Part shown: positions 29,114 through 39,212 of the stretch, piece by piece
How positions within the stretch are numbered: position 1 is the stretch's first letter
Layout of the letters: every line of letters starts with the position of its first letter
NCBI GenBank assembly: GCA_905372095.1
Contig: CAJPNK010000001.1
Location: forward strand, 219,521-283,520
Direction of reading: 5' to 3'
Source of the DNA: Candidatus Saccharimonadota bacterium
Lineage (GTDB): Bacteria > Patescibacteriota > Saccharimonadia > Saccharimonadales > Saccharimonadaceae
DNA length: 64,000 nucleotides
Position numbers and translations under genes: made by a program
Notes under the pieces: model-generated
Told to the model about the DNA's origin: nothing
What the model saw: only the letters and a program-made list of their open reading frames with translations
The model's database searches: none

Positions 29114-30133
29114 ATGCGGTTATTCTTAGCGATTTTGTTTGTGATGATTACCTTAGCTTTGATAGCGGTGACGTCAATTTCGCCGCGCCGAACAAAACTG
29201 TCGATGTACGAGCTAGAACGCCGCCGTCGTAAGGGCGACACCGCAGCGGCTGATGAATTACGGCGAATACTACTGCTTGATGATATTGTATCGCTGCGTA
29301 AGGCAACCGAAGCTCTACTACTGGTTCTGGCGGTATTATCGGCAGTGTCGGCGTTTGGTTTTTTTATCGGCGTAGCTATTAGCGTGATGACGTCTTTAGT
29401 ATATAGTAGAATTGCTCATTCTGATTGGTTGGTACAAATGGTCGACGGTTATTACCGGCGGATAGAGCCGAGATTGCTGACTTTCGTCGAGCGGCATCCG
29501 CGCTTGGGGCAAGTTTTGCGCAGTGTTAATGTGCAGAATGAGCCGAATATTCTTAGCTCGCGGGAAGAACTTGAGCATTTGATACGCGAATCATCGGGAA
29601 TATTGTCGCTTGAAGAGAAAAAACTAATCAATAATGCCCTGCATTTTCATGAAAAAACCGTCGAAGAGGTAATGACGCCGCGCGGCGTGATGAATACAGT
29701 AGCTAAGGAAGATGTGATTGGGCCGTTGCTGCTTGATGAACTGCATAAGACTGGCCATAGCCGCTTCCCGGTGACTGACGGTGATATTGACCATATTGTT
29801 GGTATTCTGCATATTCGTAGCTTACTGACGCTTGATAACGGTAAGAAAACTAGCCGTGTTGAAACGGCGATGGACAAGAAGGTCTACTTTATTAATCAAA
29901 GCCAGAAGCTAGAACGTGCTCTGTCGGCCTTTATCAAGACGCGGCATCATATGTTTATTGTTGTTAATGACTATCGCGAGACAGCGGGTATTCTAACGCT
30001 CGAGGATACATTAGAGGCGTTGCTTGGTCGTAAAATCCTCGATGAATTTGATGTAGTTGACGATTTGCGCGTGCTAGCGGCGCGTAATCCGAACAAAAAT
30101 AATAAGAGTCCATCGGCTACTGACGTCAAATAA
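29114..30133 (+). CDS. CBS-domain membrane protein (CorC/TlyC/CNNM family)
   Basis: VEEVMTPR, GHSRFPV, GILTLEDTLEALLG; start reassigned to ATG 29114. Confidence 0.85.
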   Translation: MRLFLAILFVMITLALIAVTSISPRRTKLSMYELERRRRKGDTAAADELRRILLLDDIVSLRKATEALLLVLAVLSAVSAFGFFIGVAISVMTSLVYSRIAHSDWLVQMVDGYYRRIEPRLLTFVERHPRLGQVLRSVNVQNEPNILSSREELEHLIRESSGILSLEEKKLINNALHFHEKTVEEVMTPRGVMNTVAKEDVIGPLLLDELHKTGHSRFPVTDGDIDHIVGILHIRSLLTLDNGKKTSRVETAMDKKVYFINQSQKLERALSAFIKTRHHMFIVVNDYRETAGILTLEDTLEALLGRKILDEFDVVDDLRVLAARNPNKNNKSPSATDVK

Positions 30134-30143
30134 GTTAGTAATT

Positions 30144-30181
30144 TTAGCACTCTTGCACTTCGAGTGCTAACGCGCTATACT
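30144..30181 (+). promoter_or_regulatory. Perfect CIRCE overlapping the dnaJ promoter
   Basis: TTAGCACTC-TTGCACTTC-GAGTGCTAA (30144-30170); TTGCAC-N17-TATACT. Confidence 0.93.
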
Positions 30182-30189
30182 ATAGCAAT

Positions 30190-31305
30190 ATGGCAAAGCG
30201 CGACTATTATGAAGTACTAGGTATCAGCAAAAACGCCTCTGAAGACGAAGTCAAGAAAGCTTTTCGCAAGCTGGCTGTTAAGTATCACCCCGACAAAGAA
30301 GGCGGCAGCGAAGAGAAATTCAAAGAGATTAACGAAGCTTACGAAGTTCTCAAAGACAAGCAAAAACGTCAACGTTACGACCAGTTCGGTCATGCTGGCG
30401 TAGGCGGTTCTGGCGGCGGTGCTGGTTACAGCGGTAATCCTTTTGAAGGTTTTGGCGGTTTCGCCCAAGGTCAAAATATTAATTTCGATTTTGGCGAAGG
30501 CTTGGGCGATATTTTCAGTCAGTTTTTTGGCGGGCCGTCCGGGCAATCGCGCCGCAATAGCCGGCCGCGCGGGCGCGATGTTGAAACGCGCGTTACTTTG
30601 ACTTTCGAAGAAGCGGTGTTTGGTAAAGATGTCGAGATTGCGTTAATGATTAACGATGAATGCGAGCATTGCCACGGTACGACCGTCGAGCCGGGTTTCG
30701 AGATGAAAACTTGTCCAGATTGCCAAGGCGCTGGCCAGCGTGTCCGCACAATGAACACGATGTTTGGCCCGATCCAACAAGCGGTAGTTTGCGAAACCTG
30801 TAAAGGCCGCGGTAAAATACCCGAGAAAGAATGCACAGTTTGCCATGGCTCTGGTGTGCAGCGCCGCGAGCAGAAAATCACTGTCAAAATTCCAGCAGGT
30901 ATTGATGACGGTTCGACGATTCGTTTGCGCGAGCGCGGTGAAGCGATTGCCGACGGCGATCGTGGTGATTTATACATCAATATTCGCGTTAAAGCGCATA
31001 AGAAGTTTACCCGCGAGGGCGATTTGATTCTTAGCCAAGAACATATCGGTATGGTTGATGCGGCACTCGGTACTGAAATTGACGTTGAGACAGTCGACGG
31101 CATAATTACCATGAAGGTACCGGCCGGTACGCAGTCGGGTACTGATTTTAAATTGTCTGGCCATGGCGTGCCATACCCGCGCAGCGAACGGCGCGGCGCC
31201 CATATCGTTAGCATTATTGTCGATACACCGACTAAACTGTCTAAAAAGCAGCGTGAACTGTTAGAGCAATTCGAAGCCTCTAAAAAACGCGGTATTTTCT
31301 CGTGA
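30190..31305 (+). CDS. dnaJ: Chaperone DnaJ
   Basis: HPD J-domain, G/F region, four CxxCxGxG-type repeats. Confidence 0.97.
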   Translation: MAKRDYYEVLGISKNASEDEVKKAFRKLAVKYHPDKEGGSEEKFKEINEAYEVLKDKQKRQRYDQFGHAGVGGSGGGAGYSGNPFEGFGGFAQGQNINFDFGEGLGDIFSQFFGGPSGQSRRNSRPRGRDVETRVTLTFEEAVFGKDVEIALMINDECEHCHGTTVEPGFEMKTCPDCQGAGQRVRTMNTMFGPIQQAVVCETCKGRGKIPEKECTVCHGSGVQRREQKITVKIPAGIDDGSTIRLRERGEAIADGDRGDLYINIRVKAHKKFTREGDLILSQEHIGMVDAALGTEIDVETVDGIITMKVPAGTQSGTDFKLSGHGVPYPRSERRGAHIVSIIVDTPTKLSKKQRELLEQFEASKKRGIFS

Positions 31306-31358
31306 GACACAGGCTTTTAACTTGCCATCGTACATAGACGACATGATAAAATAAAAGC

Positions 31359-31847
31359 ATGACTTTTACTATCGTTCTAGCAATAGTCTTTGGTGTGTTG
31401 TTTTTGTTGGCATATATGACGCGCCGGCGATTCGGCGTATTGACGCTAGCGCTAGCAGCTGGTTCAATCTTGGCTGATTTGTGGAGTAGCGAGGCAACGC
31501 CATACGTTGCTAATTTTGGCATCGTTATCATCCGTCCGCCGTTAGTAGATGTGGTGGCGGTTATATTAACTCTAGCACCTTCACTGATATTACTATTCAG
31601 CGGGCCGGCGGCTAGTAACAAATTTCAGCGAATTGGCGGGTCAGTGATATTTGCAGTGTTAGCTGTGGTATTAATGTTTGAGCCGCTAGAAAATGCGCTA
31701 GTGGTTGATGAGTTCGGCAAGCAAATCGTCAGCCGTATTAATGCGTCTTATGCTATTATCGTGACTGTGTGCCTGGTGCTGTCGATAATTGATGTGTTGC
31801 AAACTCATGTGCGGCGCAACGAATCAAAAAAGAAGAGTAAAGAATAA
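31359..31847 (+). CDS. Hypothetical multi-TM membrane protein
   Basis: About 5 hydrophobic segments; TAAAAT 6 nt upstream of ATG. Confidence 0.75.
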   Translation: MTFTIVLAIVFGVLFLLAYMTRRRFGVLTLALAAGSILADLWSSEATPYVANFGIVIIRPPLVDVVAVILTLAPSLILLFSGPAASNKFQRIGGSVIFAVLAVVLMFEPLENALVVDEFGKQIVSRINASYAIIVTVCLVLSIIDVLQTHVRRNESKKKSKE

Positions 31848-31864
31848 AGACAGCTAAAAAATAA

Positions 31865-31895
31865 AAGACCTTCACGCTGAGGAGGTCTTCTTATT
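31865..31895. terminator. Probable bidirectional terminator
   Basis: AAGACCTTC...GGAGGTCTT between convergent gene and tRNA. Confidence 0.55.
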
Positions 31896-31902
31896 CTTGA
31901 AA

Positions 31903-31979
31903 TGGAGGGCCCAGTGAGGCTTGAACTCACGACACCCTGCTTAAAAGGCAGGTGCTCTAACCAGCTGAGCTATGGGCCC
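31903..31979 (-). tRNA. tRNA-Lys (anticodon TTT)
   Basis: GGGCCCATAGCTCAGCTGGTTAGAGCACCTGCCTTTTAAGCAGG...GTTCAAG...GGGCCCTCCA; upstream TTGACA-N17-TATAGT. Confidence 0.96.
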
Positions 31980-32038
31980 GAGTAAATCTTACTATACAGT
32001 TTGCGGCGAGTCGTGTCAAGCTATGCTACTATCGAAAT

Positions 32039-33478
32039 ATGAGATGGTTGGGCGAGCGGCTTCATCCAATGTGGCATATTGCCGCTTTATGCTACGGGCT
32101 AGTTAGCGGCGTGGTATTGGCGCAATGGTGGAACGGGGCTAGCTGGTGGTTAATTATTGCATCCATCCCGCTGATTAGTTTAGCTTTTTGGCAGCGGCGG
32201 CGGATTTTGTTAATTTTGATGCTAGGTGCGGGCTTGTTGGTTGGACTGGCTCGCGGCTCTAGCGATCAAGCGCAGTTACAGTTATATAAACCGCTGTATG
32301 GCCAGTCGGTGCAATTAACCGGCATAGTGCGGGATGACGCAGATAACGTAGCTGGTAGTACTAGACTGCAAATAACTTATATCAAAATGGACGAGACGTC
32401 TTTACCTGGCCAAATTTGGTTGTCGCTGCGCGGTAATCCAGCAATTAAACGCGGTGATGAACTTGCTTTGCGCGGTGTATTGAAGCCGGGTTTTGGCAAT
32501 TTCGCGGCAGTATTAGCAAGGGCGAAGCTTGACAGTGTCAAGCGAACATCTGGCGGCGATCCAGCACTAGAGTTGCGCGATACTTTTGCTGATGGCGTAC
32601 ATAAAGCGATTGGTGACCCAGCGGCTAGTTTAGGCATTGGCTTTTTATTGGGTAAGAAAAGTATGCTGCCAGATGATCTACTGGAGGCTTTGAAGATTGC
32701 TGGTCTGACCCATATCATTGTAGCGAGCGGTTACAATTTAACAATTCTGGTACGTTTGGCGCGGCGGCTATTCGCAAAAATATCAAAATATTTAGCGACA
32801 CTAGTTAGCTGTAGCTTGGTGCTGGGTTTTATCGCTATGACTGGCGCTAGCCCGAGCATGGTGCGCGCTGGGCTTGTTACTGGATTAAGCTTGCTAGCAT
32901 GGTATGTCGGCCGAAAGTTTCATCCAGTTGTTTTGCTGGGGCTAGTATCGGCAATAACGGTATTGTGTAATCCGGGTTATGCTTGGGGAGACATGGGTTG
33001 GATTCTAAGTTTTGCAGCATTCGCTGGTGTGATTATCGTGGCGCCAGTGGTGACGGCCTATTTCTTCTCGACTGATAAAGTCCCAGCTATCATTCAAATT
33101 CTGTTAGAAACATTAGCGGCACAGCTGGTAACTGCGCCGATTATCATGGCAGCCTTTGGGCAGTTGAGTGTAATTTCGTTGTTGGCGAATATCCTGGTTG
33201 GTCCGTTTATACCGTTGGCGATGTTGCTAACATCAATAGGTGGCGTTAGCGGGCTGATTATTCCATCAATAGCGCACGTCATTGGCTGGCCAGCGCAGAT
33301 GATGCTTGATGCGATGGTTGTAGTAGTGAATTGGTGTGCTGAGCAATCTTGGGCTGCAGTTGAACTGCAAGTACCGTGGTGGATAGCGGTGCTATGGTAC
33401 GGTTTGATAATTGCGGCAGTGTGGTTCATGAAATGGAGTAGCGGCTATCGACTGCGCGACGCTTCGATAGTGACATAA
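32039..33478 (+). CDS. comEC: ComEC/Rec2 competence channel (no C-terminal metallo-beta-lactamase domain)
   Basis: AGLTHIIVASGYN, SPSMVRA, GWILSFAA. Confidence 0.92.
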   Translation: MRWLGERLHPMWHIAALCYGLVSGVVLAQWWNGASWWLIIASIPLISLAFWQRRRILLILMLGAGLLVGLARGSSDQAQLQLYKPLYGQSVQLTGIVRDDADNVAGSTRLQITYIKMDETSLPGQIWLSLRGNPAIKRGDELALRGVLKPGFGNFAAVLARAKLDSVKRTSGGDPALELRDTFADGVHKAIGDPAASLGIGFLLGKKSMLPDDLLEALKIAGLTHIIVASGYNLTILVRLARRLFAKISKYLATLVSCSLVLGFIAMTGASPSMVRAGLVTGLSLLAWYVGRKFHPVVLLGLVSAITVLCNPGYAWGDMGWILSFAAFAGVIIVAPVVTAYFFSTDKVPAIIQILLETLAAQLVTAPIIMAAFGQLSVISLLANILVGPFIPLAMLLTSIGGVSGLIIPSIAHVIGWPAQMMLDAMVVVVNWCAEQSWAAVELQVPWWIAVLWYGLIIAAVWFMKWSSGYRLRDASIVT

Positions 33479-33537
33479 CAGGGCTCATTTGCTATTATAT
33501 AAGTAAGCATTTATCAATAAACTAACGAGGAGTAGTC

Positions 33538-34263
33538 ATGTCAGGACATAGTAAGTGGGCGACAACACATCGTCAAAAAGCTGTTGTTGATGCTAAACGC
33601 GGTGCGATTTTCACTAAAATTGGCAACCAGATCGCTATCGCAGCGCGGGCTGGCACTGACCCCACAATGAACTCTAGTCTAGCGATGGCTATCGAAAAAG
33701 CTAAGGCGGCAAATATGCCGGCTGCCAATATTCAGCGGGCGATCGACCGGGTTGCCGACAAAAATTCAGCAGCGCTAGAAGAAATTACTTACGAAGGTTA
33801 TGGTCCTGGCGGCGTAGGGATTATCATTGAAACAGCCACTGATAACCGTAATCGAACTTTGCCAGAGGTGAAATTGGCTTTAACTAAAAACGGCGGTTCA
33901 ATGGCTGATGCTGGCAGCGTGACGTTTCAATTTGACCGCAAAGGGGTTATTCGGGTGGCAGCAAGCGGCGAAGAAGCATTGTTGCAAGTACTTGACGCAG
34001 GCGCCGAAGATGCTGTTGAGGCTGATGGTAAACTAATTGTCTATACTGGCATGAAAGATTTAGCGAGCGTTCGCAAGGCGTTGCTTGATGCAGGTATGAC
34101 CATCGAGGAAGCCGAGTTGCAATACATTGCCAAAAATGATGTGCCTATCAGCGATGCTGAAACCGCTCGCAAAGTAATAAAAATTATTGACGCGCTCGAC
34201 GATCTTGATGATGTGGTAAATGTTTATACGAATGCCGATATTACTGCTGATATTAACGATTAG
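33538..34263 (+). CDS. yebC: YebC/PmpR family protein
   Basis: MSGHSKW, YEGYGPGG, TDNRNRT, DDVVNVY. Confidence 0.96.
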   Translation: MSGHSKWATTHRQKAVVDAKRGAIFTKIGNQIAIAARAGTDPTMNSSLAMAIEKAKAANMPAANIQRAIDRVADKNSAALEEITYEGYGPGGVGIIIETATDNRNRTLPEVKLALTKNGGSMADAGSVTFQFDRKGVIRVAASGEEALLQVLDAGAEDAVEADGKLIVYTGMKDLASVRKALLDAGMTIEEAELQYIAKNDVPISDAETARKVIKIIDALDDLDDVVNVYTNADITADIND

Positions 34264-34331
34264 TTGACTTTTAAGCTTACCTTCATGTAGATTATAAGTA
34301 TACATGGTATTTATAATTGCTAGGAGGCCTG

Positions 34332-36173
34332 ATGCGATGTCTAAAACTCGTCATTTTGATAGCAACTATAACTCTTCAGCCAGTATTTTCGGGGTTGGCA
34401 GCGGCAGATGCTGTATCGACGGCAGCTGTTTCGCCGGATAACACGCTAAGCATTGCGAGCGAAAACAATAGCGAGAATTTACCAACCGCTAAACAAGAGG
34501 AAAATCTCGGTAAGTCTAACGAGCCGCTAATTAATAAAGAAAATTCTAATTCACTGCCAGCTGCGAACGATGGGAAGACACTCCCGCGGCAGACTGCTGA
34601 AAACAAAACCGCTGCCAAGCCTGCTGAAATCCCGCCGCCGGTCCCGTTAAACCCTACTAATGCCAACGAAACTGTAGATAAAATAACAACATTGCCGTCA
34701 CCGTTGTTAGCAGAAAATGATGTTGTAGTCTCAGCGTTTAAAACTGATCCAAAATACGGCTATGCGGCGATAGAACTTTACAATACTAGTGATAAATTTT
34801 TCGATCTAGGACAGATGTCGCTAGAACTACGTTACGCAACAGCGGAAGCTGATTTTGTTTGTAATGCTAAATTGCGAGATTATCTGCGACCGAAGAGTTA
34901 TTTAACGCTGTACAACTCGAACTTGTCGCATGCGGATGATACATTGCTTTTAGCGGGCTGTCCAACTCCAAATAGTGATGCTTTGTATGACAAAGAGATA
35001 AATGTTTATCAAGCTGGCCAGCTGGTTGAGGCGGTTCGAATTAACAACACCGATCTCGGCAAATATCAAAATGATATTTGGGAGCGTAAAGGCTGGAGTG
35101 CGTCTTATCGAACCGGCGTCTTTAAAACTGATTTTCGTAAACGAGTGACTGGCAATATGATATCAAGTGATTTGTACCATTTGCCGCCGACGCCAACTTT
35201 ACAGATTCTAGAAATTTTACCGAATCCAGCAGATTGTGCTACGGCTGACCCGAACCTTGCTTGTCATAGCTATGTCAAGGTTAAAAATGTTGGTCAAAGC
35301 CCAATAGACTTATCGTCATACCGCTTGCGCAGCGGCAACCAAGAGGTATCAGATTCTACTAATAATCTTTCGAAGTTATCGGGCATGGTTCTGCCGGGTA
35401 AAATCTTTCTTATATCGGGGAAGACGCTGCATCTTGACAAGGCATCTGGAACAGTGTGGTTGCAAGATGCCAACGGGTTAACTACCTATAAGAACGGCGT
35501 GATACCGTATGAGAAAGCCGATAGTGCTAGCAACAAAGGGCGATCTTGGGCGTACGATACTAAAACTGCGACTTGGCGCTGGGCGACACCGAGTCCAGGT
35601 AGCGAGGGCAATGATTTTACGCCTAAACTTAATTATGGTAAGGGTAGCCTGAAAGCGTTGTCGGCTAAACCAAAAATAAAAATGTTGAAACCATGCCGCG
35701 ATGACCAATATCGCAGTGAAGAGACTGGCCGCTGCCGCAATATTGTTCAGAACAAGAAAAAAACCGTTGTTTTGAAACCTTGCAAAGAAGGTCAATATCG
35801 CAGCGAGGAGACCGGACGTTGTCGTTCAATTGCCAAGGCAGCTGCAGCGGTTCTGAAACCGTGTAAAGAGGGCCAATTCCGTAACCCAGAAACTGGCCGC
35901 TGCAAGAAGATTGCTTCTGTTGACGATCTACCCAAACCGTGCAAAGCAGGCTGGGAGCGTAATCCTTCAACTGGCCGCTGCCGCAAAATCAAGAAAGCTA
36001 GTAATACATTAGCGGCTTATCCAGTGCAGCCAGTAACAGTCCAGCAAACTAATCCAGCAGTGTGGTGGACGATTGGCGGACTAGCCTTGGCGGGTGTTAG
36101 TTATGGTGTCTGGGAATGGCGCACTGAAATTAAGCGTGGCTTGAGAAAAGCTATTCGATTTGGCAGGAAGTGA
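34332..36173 (+). CDS. Secreted, C-terminally anchored protein with lamin-tail-like domain and four Cys-pair repeats
   Basis: Signal peptide after AGGAGG SD; ILEILPNP...YVKVKN...IDLSSYRL and TPSPG; repeats CxxxxxR(S/N)xxTGRC; C-terminal TM. Confidence 0.78.
   Translation: MRCLKLVILIATITLQPVFSGLAAADAVSTAAVSPDNTLSIASENNSENLPTAKQEENLGKSNEPLINKENSNSLPAANDGKTLPRQTAENKTAAKPAEIPPPVPLNPTNANETVDKITTLPSPLLAENDVVVSAFKTDPKYGYAAIELYNTSDKFFDLGQMSLELRYATAEADFVCNAKLRDYLRPKSYLTLYNSNLSHADDTLLLAGCPTPNSDALYDKEINVYQAGQLVEAVRINNTDLGKYQNDIWERKGWSASYRTGVFKTDFRKRVTGNMISSDLYHLPPTPTLQILEILPNPADCATADPNLACHSYVKVKNVGQSPIDLSSYRLRSGNQEVSDSTNNLSKLSGMVLPGKIFLISGKTLHLDKASGTVWLQDANGLTTYKNGVIPYEKADSASNKGRSWAYDTKTATWRWATPSPGSEGNDFTPKLNYGKGSLKALSAKPKIKMLKPCRDDQYRSEETGRCRNIVQNKKKTVVLKPCKEGQYRSEETGRCRSIAKAAAAVLKPCKEGQFRNPETGRCKKIASVDDLPKPCKAGWERNPSTGRCRKIKKASNTLAAYPVQPVTVQQTNPAVWWTIGGLALAGVSYGVWEWRTEIKRGLRKAIRFGRK
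35688..35985 (+). repeat. Four KPC...TGRC coding repeats
   Basis: KPCRDDQYRSEETGRCR, KPCKEGQYRSEETGRCR, KPCKEGQFRNPETGRCK, KPCKAGWERNPSTGRCR. Confidence 0.92.
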
Positions 36174-36184
36174 TCCATACCAGC

Positions 36185-36664
36185 ATGCGAATCATCGGAA
36201 TTGATCCTGGTACAGGTATTCTCGGATTTGGCGTAATTGATGTCAACGGTGGTAGAACGAGGCTAGTTACGGCTGGAGTGATCACTACGCCAGCACACAC
36301 GCCATTACCAGATCGCCTTGAAGAGATCTACTCAGGATTAACCGATATTATTAAAGAGACGCAGCCGGATGTTATGTCGGTTGAGAAACTGTTTTTTACC
36401 AAGAATATTACGACAGCAATCAGCGTCGCCGAGGCGCGCGGCGTAGCAATATTGACAGGCCGTCAAGCGAAATTGCCAATTCACGAATACACGCCGAATG
36501 AAATCAAAAAATCAATCACTGGTTACGGTGCCGCTAAAAAGCCGCAAATTCAAGAAATGGTGCGTATTCAGCTAGGGTTGCAAGAGGTGCCGAAGCCTGA
36601 TGATTGCGCTGACGCATTGGCGGCAGCTTTAACGCATGCGTTTATGAGCCGTATTGAAGCGTAA
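36185..36664 (+). CDS. ruvC: Holliday junction resolvase RuvC
   Basis: MRIIGIDPG, VEKLFF, PDDCADALA. Confidence 0.96.
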   Translation: MRIIGIDPGTGILGFGVIDVNGGRTRLVTAGVITTPAHTPLPDRLEEIYSGLTDIIKETQPDVMSVEKLFFTKNITTAISVAEARGVAILTGRQAKLPIHEYTPNEIKKSITGYGAAKKPQIQEMVRIQLGLQEVPKPDDCADALAAALTHAFMSRIEA

Positions 36665-36683
36665 GGTGATATAATGGTAGGTG

Positions 36684-39206
36684 ATGCAGATACAAAAGCA
36701 ACCGCCGCGTTTATCGCGCTACGCTAACATAGGTCGTAAGAAATCTCCAGTTCGTAAGGTTCATCGCCAGCCGACAGGTAAGTTCGGTAAACTAGTCGCT
36801 TGGTGGCAAGGATTGTCGCGCAAGCAGAAGGTTGCCGTTGTTGGCGGTCCTATTCTAGCAATTATGATTATCATACCAGTGGTAACATACATCATGCTGG
36901 CTAATGATATCCGCGACGTTGAACGTTTGATGAACCGTAATAATACCGGAATCGTTCTAAAAGACAGAAATGGTAAGACTTTTTATAGCATTGGTCGGGC
37001 CGAGAAACGCAATATCGTGAAACTCGACCAGATATCTGATCATATGAAGAATGCTTTGTTGGCGAGCGAGGATAAGGATTTTTATAAACATGGCGGATTT
37101 AATCTTTTTAGCATTGCTAGGGCGGCAGTGACGCGGCATGGCGGCGGCTCGACTATCACTCAGCAATTGGTTAAGAATACCTTGCTAAGCGACGAGCATA
37201 GTTTGATGCGTAAATATCAAGAGTTCTTCATGTCGATTGCTGTCGAGCAAAACTATTCTAAAGACGAGATTCTCGACATGTATCTCAATTCGGTCTATTT
37301 TGGTGAAAACGCTTTTGGTATAGAGGATGCGGCTAAGACTTATTTCAATAAAACACCGAAAGAACTAACTCTGGCAGAAAGCGCTATGCTGGTTGGCGTA
37401 TTGCCGGCACCGAGCAGCTACTCGCCGATTAGTGGCAGTGCTGAATATGCTAAAGAACGGCAAAAAACAGTGCTCAGTCGAATGGTAAAAGAGGGCTACG
37501 TCACCGAAGCGCAAAAAACAGAGGCCTTAGCCCAGCAATTGGCTTACGCGCCGCCGTCAACGCAGAATGATAGCGTGGCGCCGCATTTTGCTGAAATGGT
37601 GGTGGCTGAGCTCAGCGATAAATATAGCTCTAAAAAAGGCGGCTACGAAAAAGACGGTTACGAAAAAGTTATGCGTTCTGGCTATCAAGTCACAACGACG
37701 CTAGATATTGATATGCAGAATACCCTCAAAGACAACATTAACAAGCAAATGAGGCATATTAACCGAATGGGCGGCTCTAATGCCAGCGGAGTTGTCGTTG
37801 ATCCAACGACTGGTGAAGTTCGAGCTTTGGTTGGTAGCGCCGATTATAATAATGAAAAATGGGGCAAGGTTAACATGGTAACTACTAGGCGCCAGCCAGG
37901 TTCTAGCTTCAAGCCGATTTATTACGCAGCAGCATTGGCAGACGGCGTGATTACGCCAGCGACTATTTTGCAAGATAAAGTTAAGGATTTTGGCGGCGGC
38001 TATGTGCCGCGCGATGCTGATAAAAACGAAGCTAGTCGCGGCGGTAGTGCTACGGTGCGCCAATCGCTTAACTGGTCGCTTAATATTCCAAGCGTTGAAG
38101 TGATGCAGAAGTATGGTATTTCTCGTTCGGTAACAGCTGCTAACAGTATGGGTATTTCCTCTATCAAGAAGGGCGATCATGGCTTATCATTGGCACTTGG
38201 TTCAGCTGAGGCGTCTTTGCAAGATATGGTGCATGCCTATACCGCTTTCGCTAATAGCGGCAAGCAATATGATATTACTAAAATTACTCAGATTGACGAT
38301 AAATACGCTAAAACAATCTACAAGCATGAAGGCAAATCCAAGCAGGTCATCAGCGCTCAAGGGGCTTATCTAATTTCAGATATTCTTAGCGACAGGACAA
38401 CTCGCGCACGCATCTTTGGTTCGTCAATTACGGTTAACGGCAATCATACTGTTGCTGTTAAAACTGGTACTACCAACGACAACCGCGATGCTTGGACAAT
38501 TGGCTATAATCCGCAATACGTTGTTGGTGTTTGGGTTGGCAATAATGATAACTCTGCTATGATTAGCGGTGGTAGCGACATGGCTGGGCCGATTTGGAAG
38601 AGTACGATGACGTCGCTATTGTCAGGCAAGCCAGATGTTAAATTCACTTTGCCGAGCGGTATTGTTCAGCGCGCTGTCTGTAAAGACAAGGGCGGCTTGG
38701 CGGCGAAAGCTGGCGCTAATACTTATAATGAATACTTTATGAGCGGCGCTCTGCCGACTGAATCGTGTAATTCCGAGCCAGCTAAAGTATCTGTTTGCAA
38801 CCTCTCTACCGGCAAGGTTGAAACTATCGACGATGACAAGTTTGATTCGACGAAATATTCAAAAGATACTGCTAATTGTAAGGCGCCGACGATTACCGTT
38901 TGCAACCTCTCTACCGGCAAGGTTGAAACTATCGACGAAGCTAGCTTTAACTCGACAAAATACTCGAAAGATACTGCTAACTGTAAAAGCACAAATGCTA
39001 AAGTGGCAGCCTGCGACCTCAAGACAGGCTCAGTGGTTATGGTCGATAAAAGTAAAATCGACGGCGTGAACTACAGTAAAGATACTAGCAATTGTACGGC
39101 TGCTGGCGGAAACGATAATAGTGGCGGCAGCTCAGGCGATTCTGGCGGTAGCAATAATGGCGGCAATAATAGTAATAATCCTGGCGGTAACGCTACGTCG
39201 CCATAG
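36684..39206 (+). CDS. Class A penicillin-binding protein with Cys-repeat C-terminus
   Basis: SEDKDFY, GGSTITQQLVKN, SSFK, SLN, KTGT. Confidence 0.95.
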   Translation: MQIQKQPPRLSRYANIGRKKSPVRKVHRQPTGKFGKLVAWWQGLSRKQKVAVVGGPILAIMIIIPVVTYIMLANDIRDVERLMNRNNTGIVLKDRNGKTFYSIGRAEKRNIVKLDQISDHMKNALLASEDKDFYKHGGFNLFSIARAAVTRHGGGSTITQQLVKNTLLSDEHSLMRKYQEFFMSIAVEQNYSKDEILDMYLNSVYFGENAFGIEDAAKTYFNKTPKELTLAESAMLVGVLPAPSSYSPISGSAEYAKERQKTVLSRMVKEGYVTEAQKTEALAQQLAYAPPSTQNDSVAPHFAEMVVAELSDKYSSKKGGYEKDGYEKVMRSGYQVTTTLDIDMQNTLKDNINKQMRHINRMGGSNASGVVVDPTTGEVRALVGSADYNNEKWGKVNMVTTRRQPGSSFKPIYYAAALADGVITPATILQDKVKDFGGGYVPRDADKNEASRGGSATVRQSLNWSLNIPSVEVMQKYGISRSVTAANSMGISSIKKGDHGLSLALGSAEASLQDMVHAYTAFANSGKQYDITKITQIDDKYAKTIYKHEGKSKQVISAQGAYLISDILSDRTTRARIFGSSITVNGNHTVAVKTGTTNDNRDAWTIGYNPQYVVGVWVGNNDNSAMISGGSDMAGPIWKSTMTSLLSGKPDVKFTLPSGIVQRAVCKDKGGLAAKAGANTYNEYFMSGALPTESCNSEPAKVSVCNLSTGKVETIDDDKFDSTKYSKDTANCKAPTITVCNLSTGKVETIDEASFNSTKYSKDTANCKSTNAKVAACDLKTGSVVMVDKSKIDGVNYSKDTSNCTAAGGNDNSGGSSGDSGGSNNGGNNSNNPGGNATSP
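38793..39096 (+). repeat. Three about 35-aa Cys-bounded repeats (first two 105 bp apart, near-identical DNA)
   Basis: GTTTGCAACCTCTCTACCGGCAAGGTTGAAACTATCGACGA at 38793 and 38898; VCNLSTGKVETID...YSKDTANC. Confidence 0.92.
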
Positions 39207-39212
39207 CTGATT

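Noticed and set aside
35688..39096. DNA repeats as CRISPR-like arrays
   Set aside because: In-frame coding repeats with synonymous variation; no cas genes
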